Below, piece after piece: positions 25,140 to 38,489 of a DNA stretch of 64,000 nucleotides. The position numbers and the translations under genes are program-made. The stretch is from the NCBI RefSeq assembly GCF_001194135.2, contig NC_068983.1, forward strand, positions 147,804,635 to 147,868,634, given 5' to 3'. The notes beneath the pieces were generated by a model. It had not been told where the DNA came from, made no database searches, and saw nothing but the letters and a program-made list of their open reading frames with translations. The first letter of the stretch is position 1. Every line of letters starts with the position of its first letter. This DNA is from Octopus bimaculoides. Lineage: Eukaryota.

Positions 25140-25826
25140 AGGACATAGGAATTTTTTGGGGAAACAATTGGAGGTTATTTTTGAGAACTGTTTCCCACTC
25201 GGGGTTGTTTCGGAACAAGTCGTCCATATTTGTTTCATTATCTCCGTTTTGTGCGTTTGTGTATCCGTAGATTTCTACCACACACACACACACACGCACA
25301 CACACACGCACACACACACACATACACACATACACACACATACACGCACACAAGCACACACATACACACATATATATGTAATTTAAAAAGTTCAAACGTG
25401 GAATTATTCCATTCAATATCGTGTTTGTTATAGAGATTATATAACAAGTTATACTTTACACTTCTATATTTAACTCTGCGTTTATATTCCTTATTTTTGC
25501 TTCTGGTGTCTTCTGTCTTTTTATTAGAAACGTCTACCTGAGAATTTACTTAAAGTGAAAAAATCGTATGCAACAGATAAATCGTCTTAATAACCTATTT
25601 CTGTGTATCAGACCTTTAAATGTTATTTTTAGCATAACAAGTTTTCTGGTGAGGGCTTCATTTGCTTCATTGCCTGTTTGTTGCTTCAGTAGAAATCTAC
25701 GAATGCACAAACGCACAAAACGGAGAGAATGAAACAAATATAGACGACTTGTTCCGAAATACTCGCGAGTGGAGAACAGTTCTCAAAAATAACTCCCAAT
25801 TGTTTTCAACAAAATTCCTATGTCCT
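25140..25826. repeat. Inverted repeat with ~139-bp arms (25140-25278 and 25689-25826)
   Basis: aggacataggaatttt...gtagatttctac pairs with gtagaaatctac...aaaattcctatgtcct. Confidence 0.85.
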
Positions 25827-28126
25827 CGGTATCCTCATAGTCCGAGGTGTATTTGTAGAGAATTTCATAAAGAAATATCCATTTTGTTGAAAGTTGAGAC
25901 GAATTGAAGTGGACTCCGGTGAATTTTCAGAAATTCCCCACCCCCTCCCAAAACACATACTCCAACAAAATTTTGTATATTCGGAATCTACATGATATAA
26001 CACATATTCGTAAAAAAAATTATTAAAAAATATCCGTTTTACTGAAAGTTATGATCATCCAAATTGGTGGTCGGGTTAGAAATCTGTAGTTATGCCGACA
26101 AATTTGACACTTTCCTTCTAGGCATGGTTATATATGTATACAGAAATACACGAGTGCAGAAGATATAAAAAATGAAAATAACTTGGTAACGGAAATTATG
26201 TTTCTTAATACGACGGGCAGAAAGTAAATAAGAAATTTTAACGGAAAATAAAGTATTGTACGGGTTGAAGCGAAATTTGTCAGTCAGTGGACCAAAGATC
26301 CAGTATCGAAGGAACCAGAAAGAAACCATCAACAACAGAAAAATACAAGACCGTAAGGATTGAATTGAAATTTATGGAGATACTTCTGTCAGTAAATTAT
26401 GAAATTACTTACATCAGTAATTGTGAACTTCTTTTTGTCAGTAATTTGTCATTGTTTGTTTGTAAATAGCGATTCAAAACTTAAACTTACAGCAAAAAAC
26501 AATAACATGGAAGTTAAACAATGGCGTATGAAAATTGAAAGTGAAAAGAAGAGCGTTTGAAAAATGAAAGTGAAGATAAGAGTTATAGATATACATAAAG
26601 AGATATGTTAAGTCACTGGCACTAGAAAACTGGAAGTAAATATTTTTTAAAAATTTCAAAGACGTGGATGTAATATAAAAAACAATATATTTTATCTTTA
26701 ATAATGTTTAATAAAAATAATTCAATGCACCACCAGTATGAAAGCAATTGATGAAGCCGTTGTCACATGAAAAGTGAATACGCACACATCTCTGTTTTAT
26801 ATATTATTAGATTTGGAAGGCCTACTGCGGTTCTCAGCTAGAGATGAGGTTTTCTGCAAAAACTGATAACAGCTGATGAAATACTGAAAACGATGGCTGG
26901 CTGACTGCACGAGGAAAAATCACTGAGATGGATGATATGCCCTATGGGCTTTATTTTTATATAGTATTTGATTGGAGACCAGAAAAAAGCCGGAAAGAGG
27001 ACACAAAAAATATACTGTAGGCACGAAAAATGCGTCACTGTAAAGAAATATCTGGTAGACAGAGGTAGCCAATTTGAGTAACGAAAACTTAAGGTATCAA
27101 AATTCAAATTCCACAGATTGTTAGCAAAACTAGTAGGGAAAATAGGTTTGGAGTTCTTTATTCAAAATAACGAGGAAAAGCTCAAAAGCATTTCGACCTT
27201 ATTCATCTGCTAAAGAGCATCCAGTTGAGGAGAAAGAACAAAAATTACCTAGAGTTCACACGCAAATGGTACTCCTAATCTAATTTCATTCTGTGGATAG
27301 CAGAGGAAATGTACCAGCTCTACAGCCCCGCAGCAATAACACAACCAACAACAACTATGACTATAGCAACCATCACAACAGCAACTGCAGCAAAGATATT
27401 AGCAGCATGATCGAGGCATCGAGGCCACTCGAGAGCCTTCTTTCTGGAGAAAAGAAAAGCAACAACAAATGAAAATAAGTGGGTGGCAGAGAGCATCTAG
27501 GGCAACAATATCAACAACAGAAGGGCTCAGTTCCGGTATGGAAACTTGTCCTCAGTGCTACCATCACCAAAGACCAATGATCACTATGAAACTGAGGGAT
27601 CCCTCCTTCAGGTCCGGTTGGAGGCTGTGAGTAGCCTTGAGTACTGCACCTTGGTCTTGCAATAATGGTGAGGCATGGAGATTGAAGAATGCAGGGAAGC
27701 TTAAAAAAGAAAGAAGAGGGAAAAATACAAATATGCCTAGCCTAAAACCAAATTCTCCGAACGAACCACCAACGACGACTTGATGAGGATAAGAAGAGAG
27801 GTTTCTATTTCAAGACATAGAACATCTAAATGACTGGCTATTGGCAAACCCACACCAATAGTCTATAAACTGCACAGGTTCAGCTGCCAAAAAAGGCGAG
27901 AGTGAAAAGTACTAAATTGCAGTACCTAGATCAGGTGTTCCGTATCGATAAATGATTCACTCATCTTTAGATGGCAATTATTTTCATTTTCATTTGATAT
28001 CCATGGATTGTCTTTTGTTTCGTGTTTTTAATGTATTTTATTACACTTTTGCAGCCGCTCCGCTTAATTCATTATATATATGTACATCCTTATATGTCAT
28101 GTAATTCTTTCGTATGGCACATTTTG

Positions 28127-28181
<55 letters not shown>

Positions 28182-28314
28182 TATTATTATTATTATTGTT
28201 CAGTAGTTTTATTTTTATAACGTGCTTTCACTTCACTACCGAGCGCAGCTCTGTGTGCCTTGGGTATGTGCTGTGGTTTGCTGTGATGCTCTTGTGGTTA
28301 CTGTATTGAAATAC

Positions 28315-28368
<54 letters not shown>
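28127..28368. repeat. (TCA)n and (TAT)n microsatellites
   Basis: Direct reading; these produce the poly-S and poly-Y pseudo-ORFs. Confidence 0.9.
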
Positions 28369-28370
<2 letters not shown>

Positions 28371-28371
<1 letters not shown>

Positions 28372-28510
28372 AATTCTGCCGAGGACGACTTTGCTTTTCA
28401 TCCTTTTGGGATCGATACCAGTTGAGTACTGGAGTCTATGTAATCGACTATCCGCCTTCCCCATATTTCAGGCCTTCTGCCTATAGTAGAAAGGATTATT
28501 ATTATTATTA
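28371..28510 (+). mobile_element. SINE family C, 3' part
   Basis: aaattctgccgaggacgactttgcttttcatcctttt...ggccttctgcctatagtagaaaggattatt. Confidence 0.7.
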
Positions 28511-29646
28511 AATTAAGCATATCGCTTAATCTGGATTTCTGTTGTCTCGTAAAGAGATTTTCTTCACCTACTTTATTTTACTTTACTTCTTTTTATGTTA
28601 CATTACGTTATATTATTCAGGTTGGTCGCTGAGTGCAGCAGCTGAGAAAGTTGGTTGCCCTGGTAGGGTGACAAGGTGCACATTGGCAAGTTGTACTAAC
28701 AATGCTGTTAATAACAGCCCATGTCATTGCTAGATACACAAGATGTTCAGCCATTTATGTTGACAATATATATATTAAAAAAATGCATAAATCCAAACAA
28801 ACGAACAAAGCAAAGAAATATGATTTGTTTCTCTTTTAGCCATACAAAACTAAACAGAGTTTTTGCTGGTAATTTCTGATTTCTTTTATCTATTAGCAAT
28901 GGATATAATAAATCCAGTACCCCCAACAGGACTCCTGCCTATTAGCATGTTAACTAATACGCCATTTCGGTTAGCCTAGCTTTCATATTACCTAGCTAAT
29001 ATCCTCGCAATCTACTTGAAGTAAGGAACTGGTGTCATAGAATCTTACTTCTTGGAAAGCAAAGATGCACAGTACAGTGACATCTCACTTAAAAGTACAA
29101 AAAAAAAAAAATTATAAGCTTCCTTTACTTCAAAGTACAGTTTAAGCATTTTCACCAAGAATTTTGAATGCTGTCAATACCTAACGAACAGAATTCTTGT
29201 TTTTTCTTTGGTGAATCTTTTACCAGTTTTAGTCATTGGACTGCGACCATATTGAAGCGCCTTTTTGAAGGGAATAGTAGAACAAATCGACCCCAGTACT
29301 GAAACTGATAAATAACGTACTGTCTGTTTCCTTTCGAGCAAATCCGATGTGACGGAAACAGTTGTGAATAAATATATTTTTTATCACCACCAAATTCTTT
29401 GCTTTTTTATTAGNNNNNNNNNNNNNNNNNNNNNNNNNNNNNNNNNNNNNNNNNNNNNNNNNNNNNNNNNNNNNNNNNNNNNNNNNNNNNNNNNNNNNNN
29501 NNNNNNNNNNNNNNNNNNNNNNNNNNNNNNNNNNNNNNNNNNNNNNNNNNNNNNNNNNNNNNNNNNNNNNNNNNNNNNNNNNNNNNNNNNNNNNNNNNNN
29601 NNNNNNNNNNNNNNNNNNNNNNNNNNNNNNNNNNNNNNNNNNNNNN

Positions 29647-30460
29647 CCCAGCCACGGGCTGAAATGCCGCAGGCCTCAAGGTAAGTTTTCAGGCTGTCCT
29701 TGTATCGCCTCAGTGGCTTTCCAGGTGCTCTTGCTCCAGAAGCAAGCTCAGAGAAGATCATTTTTGGTAGACGCGCGTCGTCCATTCGGACTATATGTCC
29801 GACCCACCGGAGCTGGGCCTTCATGATGAGGGCTTCGATCCCGGGTATTTCGGTTCTGCGAAGCACCTCAGTGTTGGAGACTCTGTCCTCTCAGGAAATT
29901 TCCATGATTCGTCGCAAGCAGCGGAGGTGGAACTGGTCAAGTACTCGCTTTTGCCCCTATACAGCGTCCACGTCCCACAGCCGTATAACAGAGAGGTGAT
30001 GACGACTGCCCTATAGACTGCCAGCCTGGTGGAAAGTCTGATGCCTCGTTCGGCCCACACACCTATCCAAAGTCTATCAAACGAAGCTCCTGCTTTTGCA
30101 AGCCTCATGGAGACATCTTTGTCCATGCTGTAGTTTGAGGACATGCAGCTTCCCAGGTATGTGAAACTCTCCACGTTGTTCAGAGTCGTGCTCTCAATCT
30201 CAATCTGAAGCTCAGGAGGTGTCAGGCCAGGTGCAGGCTGAAGCATCACTTCAGTTTTTCGCAGGCTAATGGTCAGTCAGAAGGTATTTGCTGCTTCTGC
30301 GAGACAAGTGGCAAGTTCTTGCAGGTCTGGTTCATTCAATGCTGCAAGCGCACAATCGTCTGCAAACAGGAAGTCTCTCACTAGGGTGTCCAAGACTTTG
30401 GTCTTTGCTTTCAGACGTCTGAGGTCAAAGAAGAGAGACCAGTTCGCTTTACATAGAACT
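29647..30460 (-). mobile_element. RTE-clade LINE (BovB/AviRTE-like), RT C-terminal half; 3' end lost in gap
   Basis: Translates as FDLRRLKAKTKVLDTLVRDFLFADDCAL, FTYLGS, SLLYGCGTWT and QLRWVGHIVRMDDARLPK. One in-frame stop and at least one frameshift seen. Confidence 0.92.
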
Positions 30461-30899
30461 AAATCTATGTGAATCTATATCACACATCTTTGGACTCTGA
30501 AACTTGAGAAATTTGGCGAGAGCATTGAATTTTACTTTACATTTTACGGTAAATCATCTTCATATGAAAACATCATCTGTATTTCTTGCTTAACGCACAG
30601 TAGCGGTATGTGCTTTACCAACTTTGATATACTGCGTTATTGTGTTAGTTTCAATAGTCTTATATACATTAATGAACTAATTGCGATTATTTTTAATTAC
30701 TCGCATTCCATTACATATAATACCACCCTAGGTCTTCTTTATTATTTCGTACACAGACGTTTTCCAGATGTTACCACCTGGACACACAAAAGGCATTCAC
30801 TGCTTTTCTAAATAGATATCTTGAAAACATCCCGCAATTGTGGTATGACAATCAAGTCGTCTCAAAACAACGCATTTGACTACACTTCTTCTGCACATG

Positions 30900-31280
30900 T
30901 TGTTGACACTCCGTCGCTTACGACGTCGAGGGTTCCAGTTGATCCGTTCAACGGAACAGCCTGCTCGTGAAATTAACGTGCCAGTAGCTGAGCACTCCAT
31001 AGACACGTGTACCCTTAACGTAGTTCTCGGGGATATTCAGCGTGACACAGTGTGACAAGGCTGACCCTTTGAATTACAGGCACAAGAGAAACAGGAAGAA
31101 AGTATGAGAGAAAGTTGTGGTGGAAGAGTACAGCAGGGTTCGCCACCATCCCCTGCCGGAGCCTCGTGGAGCTTTAGGTGTTTTCGCTCAATAAACATTC
31201 ACAACGCCCGGTCTGGGAATCGAAACCGCGATCCTATGACCGTGAGTCCGCTGCCCTAACCACTGGGCCATTGCGTCTCC
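30900..31280 (-). mobile_element. Full-length tRNA-derived SINE (family A), near-identical to 61626-62010
   Basis: The reverse complement aligns end to end with the 61626 copy. Flanked by ttctgca(c/t)atg at 30889-30899 and 31284-31294. Confidence 0.9.
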
Positions 31281-32250
31281 ACTTTCTGCATATGAAAAGC
31301 ATACAAAACCCCGAAGTCATTACAAAGTCACGACATAACCTCCGGTGAGCTTTTCTACACTTCTCACGTATATAATATTGCCCCCACCGCTCCGCTGAAA
31401 AAAAAAAAAAAAAAGCGAATGGATTTTTTTCTGATCGGATTCTAATCTTTTACACAGCCCACCATTAAAGTACTAATTACATAGTTGAGATAATACTACT
31501 ACACTATTAAAACATCATAGATATCTTAAATACTCTCACGAATACGCTACACGCAATGATTGACATTGTCGCTTCCCTGAGCCACATCTGCATCTATTAC
31601 AGCATCTTGTAATCCTCTAAATAGCAAGCTGCTTACTTATCTTCATCCCCATCGACCCTGATGCACCCGTCTCAAATAGATTCGTTAATTCTTAGCACTA
31701 AATAATCTTCGCAATTATATATCCTTTTTGCCCAGACATTTACCACAAGCTTCATTCTGCAAAAATAAAAACCGAGCATCAACTATATCGATGTCAAAAA
31801 TTGGAAGTTTAAGAGGTTAACAAAAATCGTTGGTGCTTCACGGATATCTTCCGACAAATTAGTGAAACGAAAACTGCAACGAGAATCTCCACCAGCAGCA
31901 CCAAATATTTTGTCAAATTTTTCATTTCCAGACTTTCAATATTCAGAAACATCTTCAGTGCCCATTATTTCACAGCAGAGACTTGAAACCGAACATCAAC
32001 TGATTCGATGTTTTTGCCTGGAGAAATCAAAAGAGACACGATTGCCGCCTCTCCACTTCCTGGCACAAATTTAAGATATATGATTTTAATGTTCCAAATA
32101 CGTAGACACAATTAGGCTAAACAGCGAAAAATCTCGTACTGGAAAAAGACAAAAACGTATATTTATCACCGTTGATGTTATCAGAAACACTCGTATTGTT
32201 ATCAGTGTTTGTATGTGTATGCTTGAGAATGTTTCGTGTGTGAAAGTGCT

Positions 32251-32331
<81 letters not shown>

Positions 32332-32649
32332 TCTCTCTCCCGCTCTCTTTCTCTCTCTCTCCCCTCTCTCTGTTTAGATCCACCCAGTGTTACAGAAGAA
32401 TATTGTGTGAAACGTAAAATAATCACTCACTCATGAACAGTAACAAAGGATGGGCTTTTATATGCACTCACAACGACATGTCATTATTTGAGTGCAAATG
32501 TCTATAAAATACTTCGAATACAACAATGTACTTATTTTATACATATATCTCTCTCTATCTTCTTCTTTGTCCTTATTTATTTCTCAATCCCCACCCCACT
32601 TCCTTTTCTCCACATGTCTCAACTCACGTACACACAGTCGTCAAGTGCG

Positions 32650-35075
32650 AAAAGGTGTCTTTGAATCGATGAGGTTATAATTATGTACGAGACCTGATAT
32701 GATCGCCGAGGACAGAAAAAAGTGGTGTAAGAACATTGACCGAGTCTTCAAGGCTAAGGAACGAAGATTGCGTTGTGAGAATCAGGGTGCGTGCTCTAAG
32801 TGAACGAAAGTCGTTTGATGGCCCGGGTGACAGAAGAACCGAAACGTGGCAACAACGCCACAATTCGGTCTTTTGACAGATTGGAATGGGTGCCTGTTAG
32901 TTGATACCAAGCAGCTGCGAATAGCTTTTCAGTGTCATTTCGCACAATTGTTTGAGGCGGATGGCGGACAGTGAATGTGATGGAATTAAATGCACACCTC
33001 GAGGGCCTTTCGAGACACTTTGATAGGGATGTAGAGTCCTGCCTAAGATAACAAGAGCTTACAATATACGAGAAGCGATGAAGAAACGCACGATGGAAAT
33101 GTCGCTGGGGCTGGATTATCTGCTCTACAAGCTTTATCTACATATGCCACAATTGTGCGGGGATCTTTTAGCAGTTGTCTGCCACGACTAGCAGCAAAAT
33201 CAGAATTTCTAGTCCTACGATAAGTTGCGTGATGCTGCTGTCGAGAAAGGTCCCGAACAAGAGAGATGGTTTGACAACTTCAAGACCGTAATTCTACTAA
33301 ATGCAACGTTGAAGATTTTGGCTAAGGTGTTAGCAAAGAGGTTGGACCTTGTCAATACTGTGGTTGGTGAGGCACAATCATATGCTACCCTAAATAGATA
33401 TATTCACAACGTTTACCTCACAAGATACATCAAAGAAATAATAGATAAAGAATCCTGCATGGGTGACTGGTGTGTTTAGAACAGTCGAAAACTTTCGAAG
33501 ATGTTAACCATGAATACTCGGTGACTATTCTGAAGGCGGCTGGTTTCGGGTTCGATTTCGTCTTCAGAGGCTTGATTGCTAAAATGTACTGCGACATTTG
33601 TTCGGTAGTCAGAGAAAATGACTGCCTGTCGGAACCGTTCAGTATATTGTACACGGCCAGTCAATGGTTTTCTCTCTCTCCCCCTCTGTACGTACTAACT
33701 ATAGAGTCACAATTGCAGAAGCTGGAGGTTTCGCGAGGCATTCTGCGACAAGCAGGAAGCAGAAAATCTGTTTGCATTTGTGGACGACGTTATCATAATA
33801 TTACTGGACACCAAACATTTTGAAGTGATCAGAACTATTCTATAGGAGTACGAGGTGACAGGAACAGAAGCTAATCAGAAGTCTTTAAGGTTGTGGATCG
33901 GCACCAACAGGGATAGTTCTATGCCATCTTACAGTATCGTGGGACGCTGGTCTTACGGATTGGTTAAATTGCGCAGCGTTTGATTTGGTCTACACCTCAA
34001 GGTGGACAAAAGCTAAGAGGAGGTGGCTAGTAGCCCGGCTAATCTCACACAGAAATGGACCGAAACAAAACTATTCCTCAAGGGCCGGGCGGAGGTGGTG
34101 AATGTCTATATCGCATCTGTAATCTACTACCGCTTGATCTTTGTGTTTTTCCAACCATATGACCAAAGTGGAGTGCTTGCTCTTCTGCTTTCTGTGGAGT
34201 GGACATGTTCAGCTTGTCAAACAATCAATTTGTTGTCAATATTCGCTGCGCGAAGGACTGAGTACGTTGAGGCTTATGATGCACAGAAATATGCTGAGGT
34301 CGTGACATCTCCAGCATTTCCTTGACGGTAAACTGCTGGTGTGTCCACCGTTTGCTAGATGCACTTTTCTGTAGCTCGTCTCTATAATTGAACTGCTGTC
34401 CTGAATCAAATATAGACCTAGGTATGGTACCTGGCATCTAGAGTGCCATCAAGAGCTCCCAATCCTGAATTAGTCGGGCAATATGGTCGGTGGATGTTCC
34501 ACCATGGTGTTCTATAGGGGGTTAGGGGTAGTTAAAAGCGAAGACATCCACGCGGAAACTCTGGGTGTCGAAGAAAATTTACTGGTTGGGGTATTCCCGA
34601 GGTCTTGGGCCAGGGAACAAAAAAATATTCCAGAAATCTCTGGATTGGCAGGGCTGCCGAGAGCTATTGCGGTTTGGGATAAACTCTACAGACTTGGCTG
34701 TGCCGTCGACCGCACTAGCCCGAGATGCACAGAGCGATGAAACCATTCCACACGTGATCGCACAGTGCTAGAGAATTGCTAGAATTATGTTGAACAGCCA
34801 CTGTCACGTGTAGAACGGATCTGCCTTTGGACCAACTCTGTTTCGTAGGATACTCCGCCGCATTATTTCTGGCGGGTAGAGAAAACAGTTTTCTTTTGTT
34901 TGATGGCTATGGTGAAAGAGGTTATTTGGTGGTCGTAACTCAAAGGACTGAAAAAGTCTGAAAGCACTGAAGACAGATTCTTTCATTTTCGACCAAGCCT
35001 GCATCGATTCTTCAATATCCATTTGTAAAGAAAGATTAGGTTGGAGAGGGAGGAGCTGCCCTCCTCCACCTAGTA
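32650..35075 (+). mobile_element. Heavily decayed Tx1/L1-clade LINE
   Basis: LKILAKVLAKRL, EQSKTFEDVNHEY, LSPPLYVL, FVDD and DETIPHVIAQC, with many stops and frameshifts. Homologous to the 3740-6000 copy. Confidence 0.8.
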
Positions 35076-35220
35076 AAAATTAAAAAAAGTAAGTAAATGT
35101 TGCTATAATGTTATAATTCTTTGGTTATTTTTTTTATTGTTTACAGCGTTTCTGTAGATCACCCTGTCATATTTTCCTAAATTTTTTGACAGCCCTTGTG
35201 GCCAATAAAGAAAGAAAGAT

Positions 35221-35221
35221 T

Positions 35222-35267
<46 letters not shown>

Positions 35268-35287
35268 GTATTAATAATAATAATAAT

Positions 35288-35318
<31 letters not shown>

Positions 35319-35335
35319 GTAATAATAATAATAGT

Positions 35336-35396
<61 letters not shown>
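35221..35396. repeat. (AAT)n microsatellite
   Basis: Direct reading. Confidence 0.95.
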
Positions 35397-35398
<2 letters not shown>

Positions 35399-35704
35399 GA
35401 TTATTATTATTATCAGTTGTTGTTATTATCTACAATCTCCCTTCTATTAAATAAAACCACTCAATAATGCAACTTATTCACCCGCCCACTTTTGTATGTC
35501 TCTGAACTGAATGCTGTGTTAGCGAAACGTTTAAAAATTTAATAGAAGCCATAACATAATTTTATTGTAGTGCAAGCACACACATGCGTGCACACATACT
35601 ACACGCACATTCACTGCAGGTAACAATACATACGTACATACATATATACATAGATACATACATTCGTACTCACACATACATTCATATGTGCATACATGCA
35701 TACA

Positions 35705-35740
<36 letters not shown>

Positions 35741-36582
35741 TATTTATATTTATATTTATATATATACATATATGCAAATATACATGGATTCATGCATATT
35801 AATTTCAATATAAATAACAAGGGGCCTATATCTGTATCACACATCACACAGATATATACGCATCCATATATACACCATCTACACATATATGACACAAATA
35901 TAGTCTTCTTTCACGTTATTTGTATTAAAATTTGGTCTGATTGAGTTCAAAATGTTAATACAGAAAACATAACAGATGTTAGCTTTATTTTATTATCACA
36001 TTGAGTTCACTTATAGGATCGCAAGAAAGCCGTATCATTGAATTCAGTTGAACATATTTACGCTCTCAGTATTCATTTTACACATCTAGCAAATTTTATT
36101 CATAAGTTAAAGGTCAAGCTGTGGCTACAATAGACCGCCGCATTTGTGCAATGGGTCGAACCTAAAACCATGCAATTTTGAAGAAAATTTCTTGCTTAAC
36201 GATACGGTTATGCTTGACTTGCATATATGAAATGATAGCGCGGACGTTTAGCATATACGCAGCACGAGAATATGGATATCGTTACACAATTCCGTTTACA
36301 GTGATATTAAAATATTGCATTCTAAGTTTGTTAATCCCTCTATCCTTCTTTCTCACCCTCTCTCTCCCCTCTCTCCTTCTCTCTCTCCCTATTTTTCTCT
36401 CTCTCCCTATTTTTCTCTCTCACACGCACATACACACTTCCCTCACACACATGCACACTTCCCATATACGACAAATTTGTTAATCTTCATACTTTGTACA
36501 CTAGTACCAAGGACCTACTTCAGTGGGGTCAATTGTTTTGTCATATTAACAATAGTTGTATGTTGCGCATCAATGTATATGC

Positions 36583-36629
<47 letters not shown>

Positions 36630-36668
36630 CGTGTGTGTGTTTGCGTGTGTGCGTGTGTGCGTGTGTGT

Positions 36669-36706
<38 letters not shown>

Positions 36707-36986
36707 AAATGAATAAGCAGAACGTTTCATTTTAGAGCAAGTAATTTATAATTCAAACATAATAGCAGAGTTGTTAGAGCAAATAAGAAATAATGCATGT
36801 CTCTTACAGCTGTTTCTAGAATAACAATGCAAATGGTACAAAGGCCATTGAGTAAAGATTTCCATATAAATCAACGATTTCGTCCTCAAAGAGGAAAAAC
36901 TAAGTAGTATCCTTAATAAAAGATAATAGCAGTTACCAGTTCCATCGTTGAAGAATTAAGAAATATCCTTATTCATATATCTATCA

Positions 36987-37052
<66 letters not shown>

Positions 37053-38059
37053 ATCTATCTATCTATCGGTATATATANNNNNNNNNNNNNNNNNNNNNNN
37101 NNNNNNNNNNNNNNNNNNNNNNNNNNNNNNNNNNNNNNNNNNNNNNNNNNNNNNNNNNNNNNNNNNNNNNNNNNNNNNNNNNNNNNNNNNNNNNNNNNNN
37201 NNNNNNNNNNNNNNNNNNNNNNNNNNNNNNNNNNNNNNNNNNNNNNNNNNNNNNNNNNNNNNNNNNNNNNNNNNNNNNNNNNNNNNNNNNNNNNNNNNNN
37301 NNNNNNNNNNNNNNNNNNNNNNNNNNNNNNNNNNNNNNNNNNNNNNNNNNNNNNNNNNNNNNNNNNNNNNNNNNNNNNNNNNNNNNNNNNNNNNNNNNNN
37401 NNNNNNNNNNNNNNNNNNNNNNNNNNNNNNNNNNNNNNNNNNNNNNNNNNNNNNNNNNNNNNNNNNNNNNNNNNNNNNNNNNNNNNNNNNNNNNNNNNNN
37501 NNNNNNNNNNNNNNNNNNNNNNNNNNNNNNNNNNNNNNNNNNNNNNNNNNNNNNNNNNNNNNNNNNNNNNNNNNNNNNNNNNNNNNNNNNNNNNNNNNNN
37601 NNNNNNNNNNNNNNNNNNNNNNNNNNNNNNNNNNNNNNNNNNNNNNNNNNNNNNNNNNNNNNNNNNNNNNNNNNNNNNNNNNNNNNNNNNNNNNNNNNNN
37701 NNNNNNNNNNNNNNNNNNNNNNNNNNNNNNNNNNNNNNNNNNNNNNNNNNNNNNNNNNNNNNNNNNNNNNNNNNNNNNNNNNNNNNNNNNNNNNNNNNNN
37801 NNNNNNNNNNNNNNNNNNNNNNNNNNNNNNNNNNNNNNNNNNNNNNNNNNNNNNNNNNNNNNNNNNNNNNNNNNNNNNNNNNNNNNNNNNNNNNNNNNNN
37901 NNNNNNNNNNNNNNNNNNNNNNNNNNNNNNNNNNNNNNNNNNNNNNNNNNNNNNNNNNNNNNNNNNNNNNNNNNNNNNNNNNNNNNNNNNNNNNNNNNNN
38001 NNNNNNNNNNNNNNNNNNTATATATAATTAGATATGTTTCGACCAATAATTGGTCCATG

Positions 38060-38400
38060 TCATGTCTAACTTAATAGCACCACCTGATAGGATTATCTAA
38101 ATGCTTTTTAAGCCAAGTTTTGTGGTATCATGGTCCATTCGAGTGGGAAGTTCTTAGTTCTTGTTGAGTGAGTTGTAGCCAGGCATAGGTGGCTTATCTG
38201 GTATTCTTTGCAGATTCCGTTTAAACATAATAGGATCCTTTTCCTCTTTGATCTGTTTCGGGACAATGTTAAATAGGACAGGGCCTGTTGAGGAAAAGAA
38301 ATTGTGTTGCAGTGTATTTATGTGTTGTAACTCGTTAGCAAGAATGTGTTGATTGTAATGGTACTTACATTGATGAATAAGATTTCAGCATTGTTGAAAT
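38060..38400 (-). mobile_element. CR1-clade LINE 3'-terminal fragment
   Basis: Minus strand reads NFFSSTGPVLFNIVPKQIKEEKDPIMFKRNLQRIPDKPPMPGY, which matches the typical CR1 ORF2 C-terminus. Confidence 0.65.
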
Positions 38401-38489
38401 ATATTTGTGATGAATTTCATGTTTCAAAACGTTGCTTACTTTATACTCAGCCTGATATATAAATACTATATATTCTTTATACAAGAGTG

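Noticed and set aside
26868-26900. CUGAUGA-aauacu-GAAA
   Set aside because: No valid NUH triplet or convincing stems I and III.
24640-27960. CAA/CAG-rich stretches (24640-25100, 27100-27900) resembling decayed LINE ORF1
   Set aside because: No diagnostic motif could be read.
31560-31780. Helitron Rep-like words on the minus strand (VVNVWAK, FRGLQDAV)
   Set aside because: Only two short motifs in different frames; needs TBLASTN confirmation.
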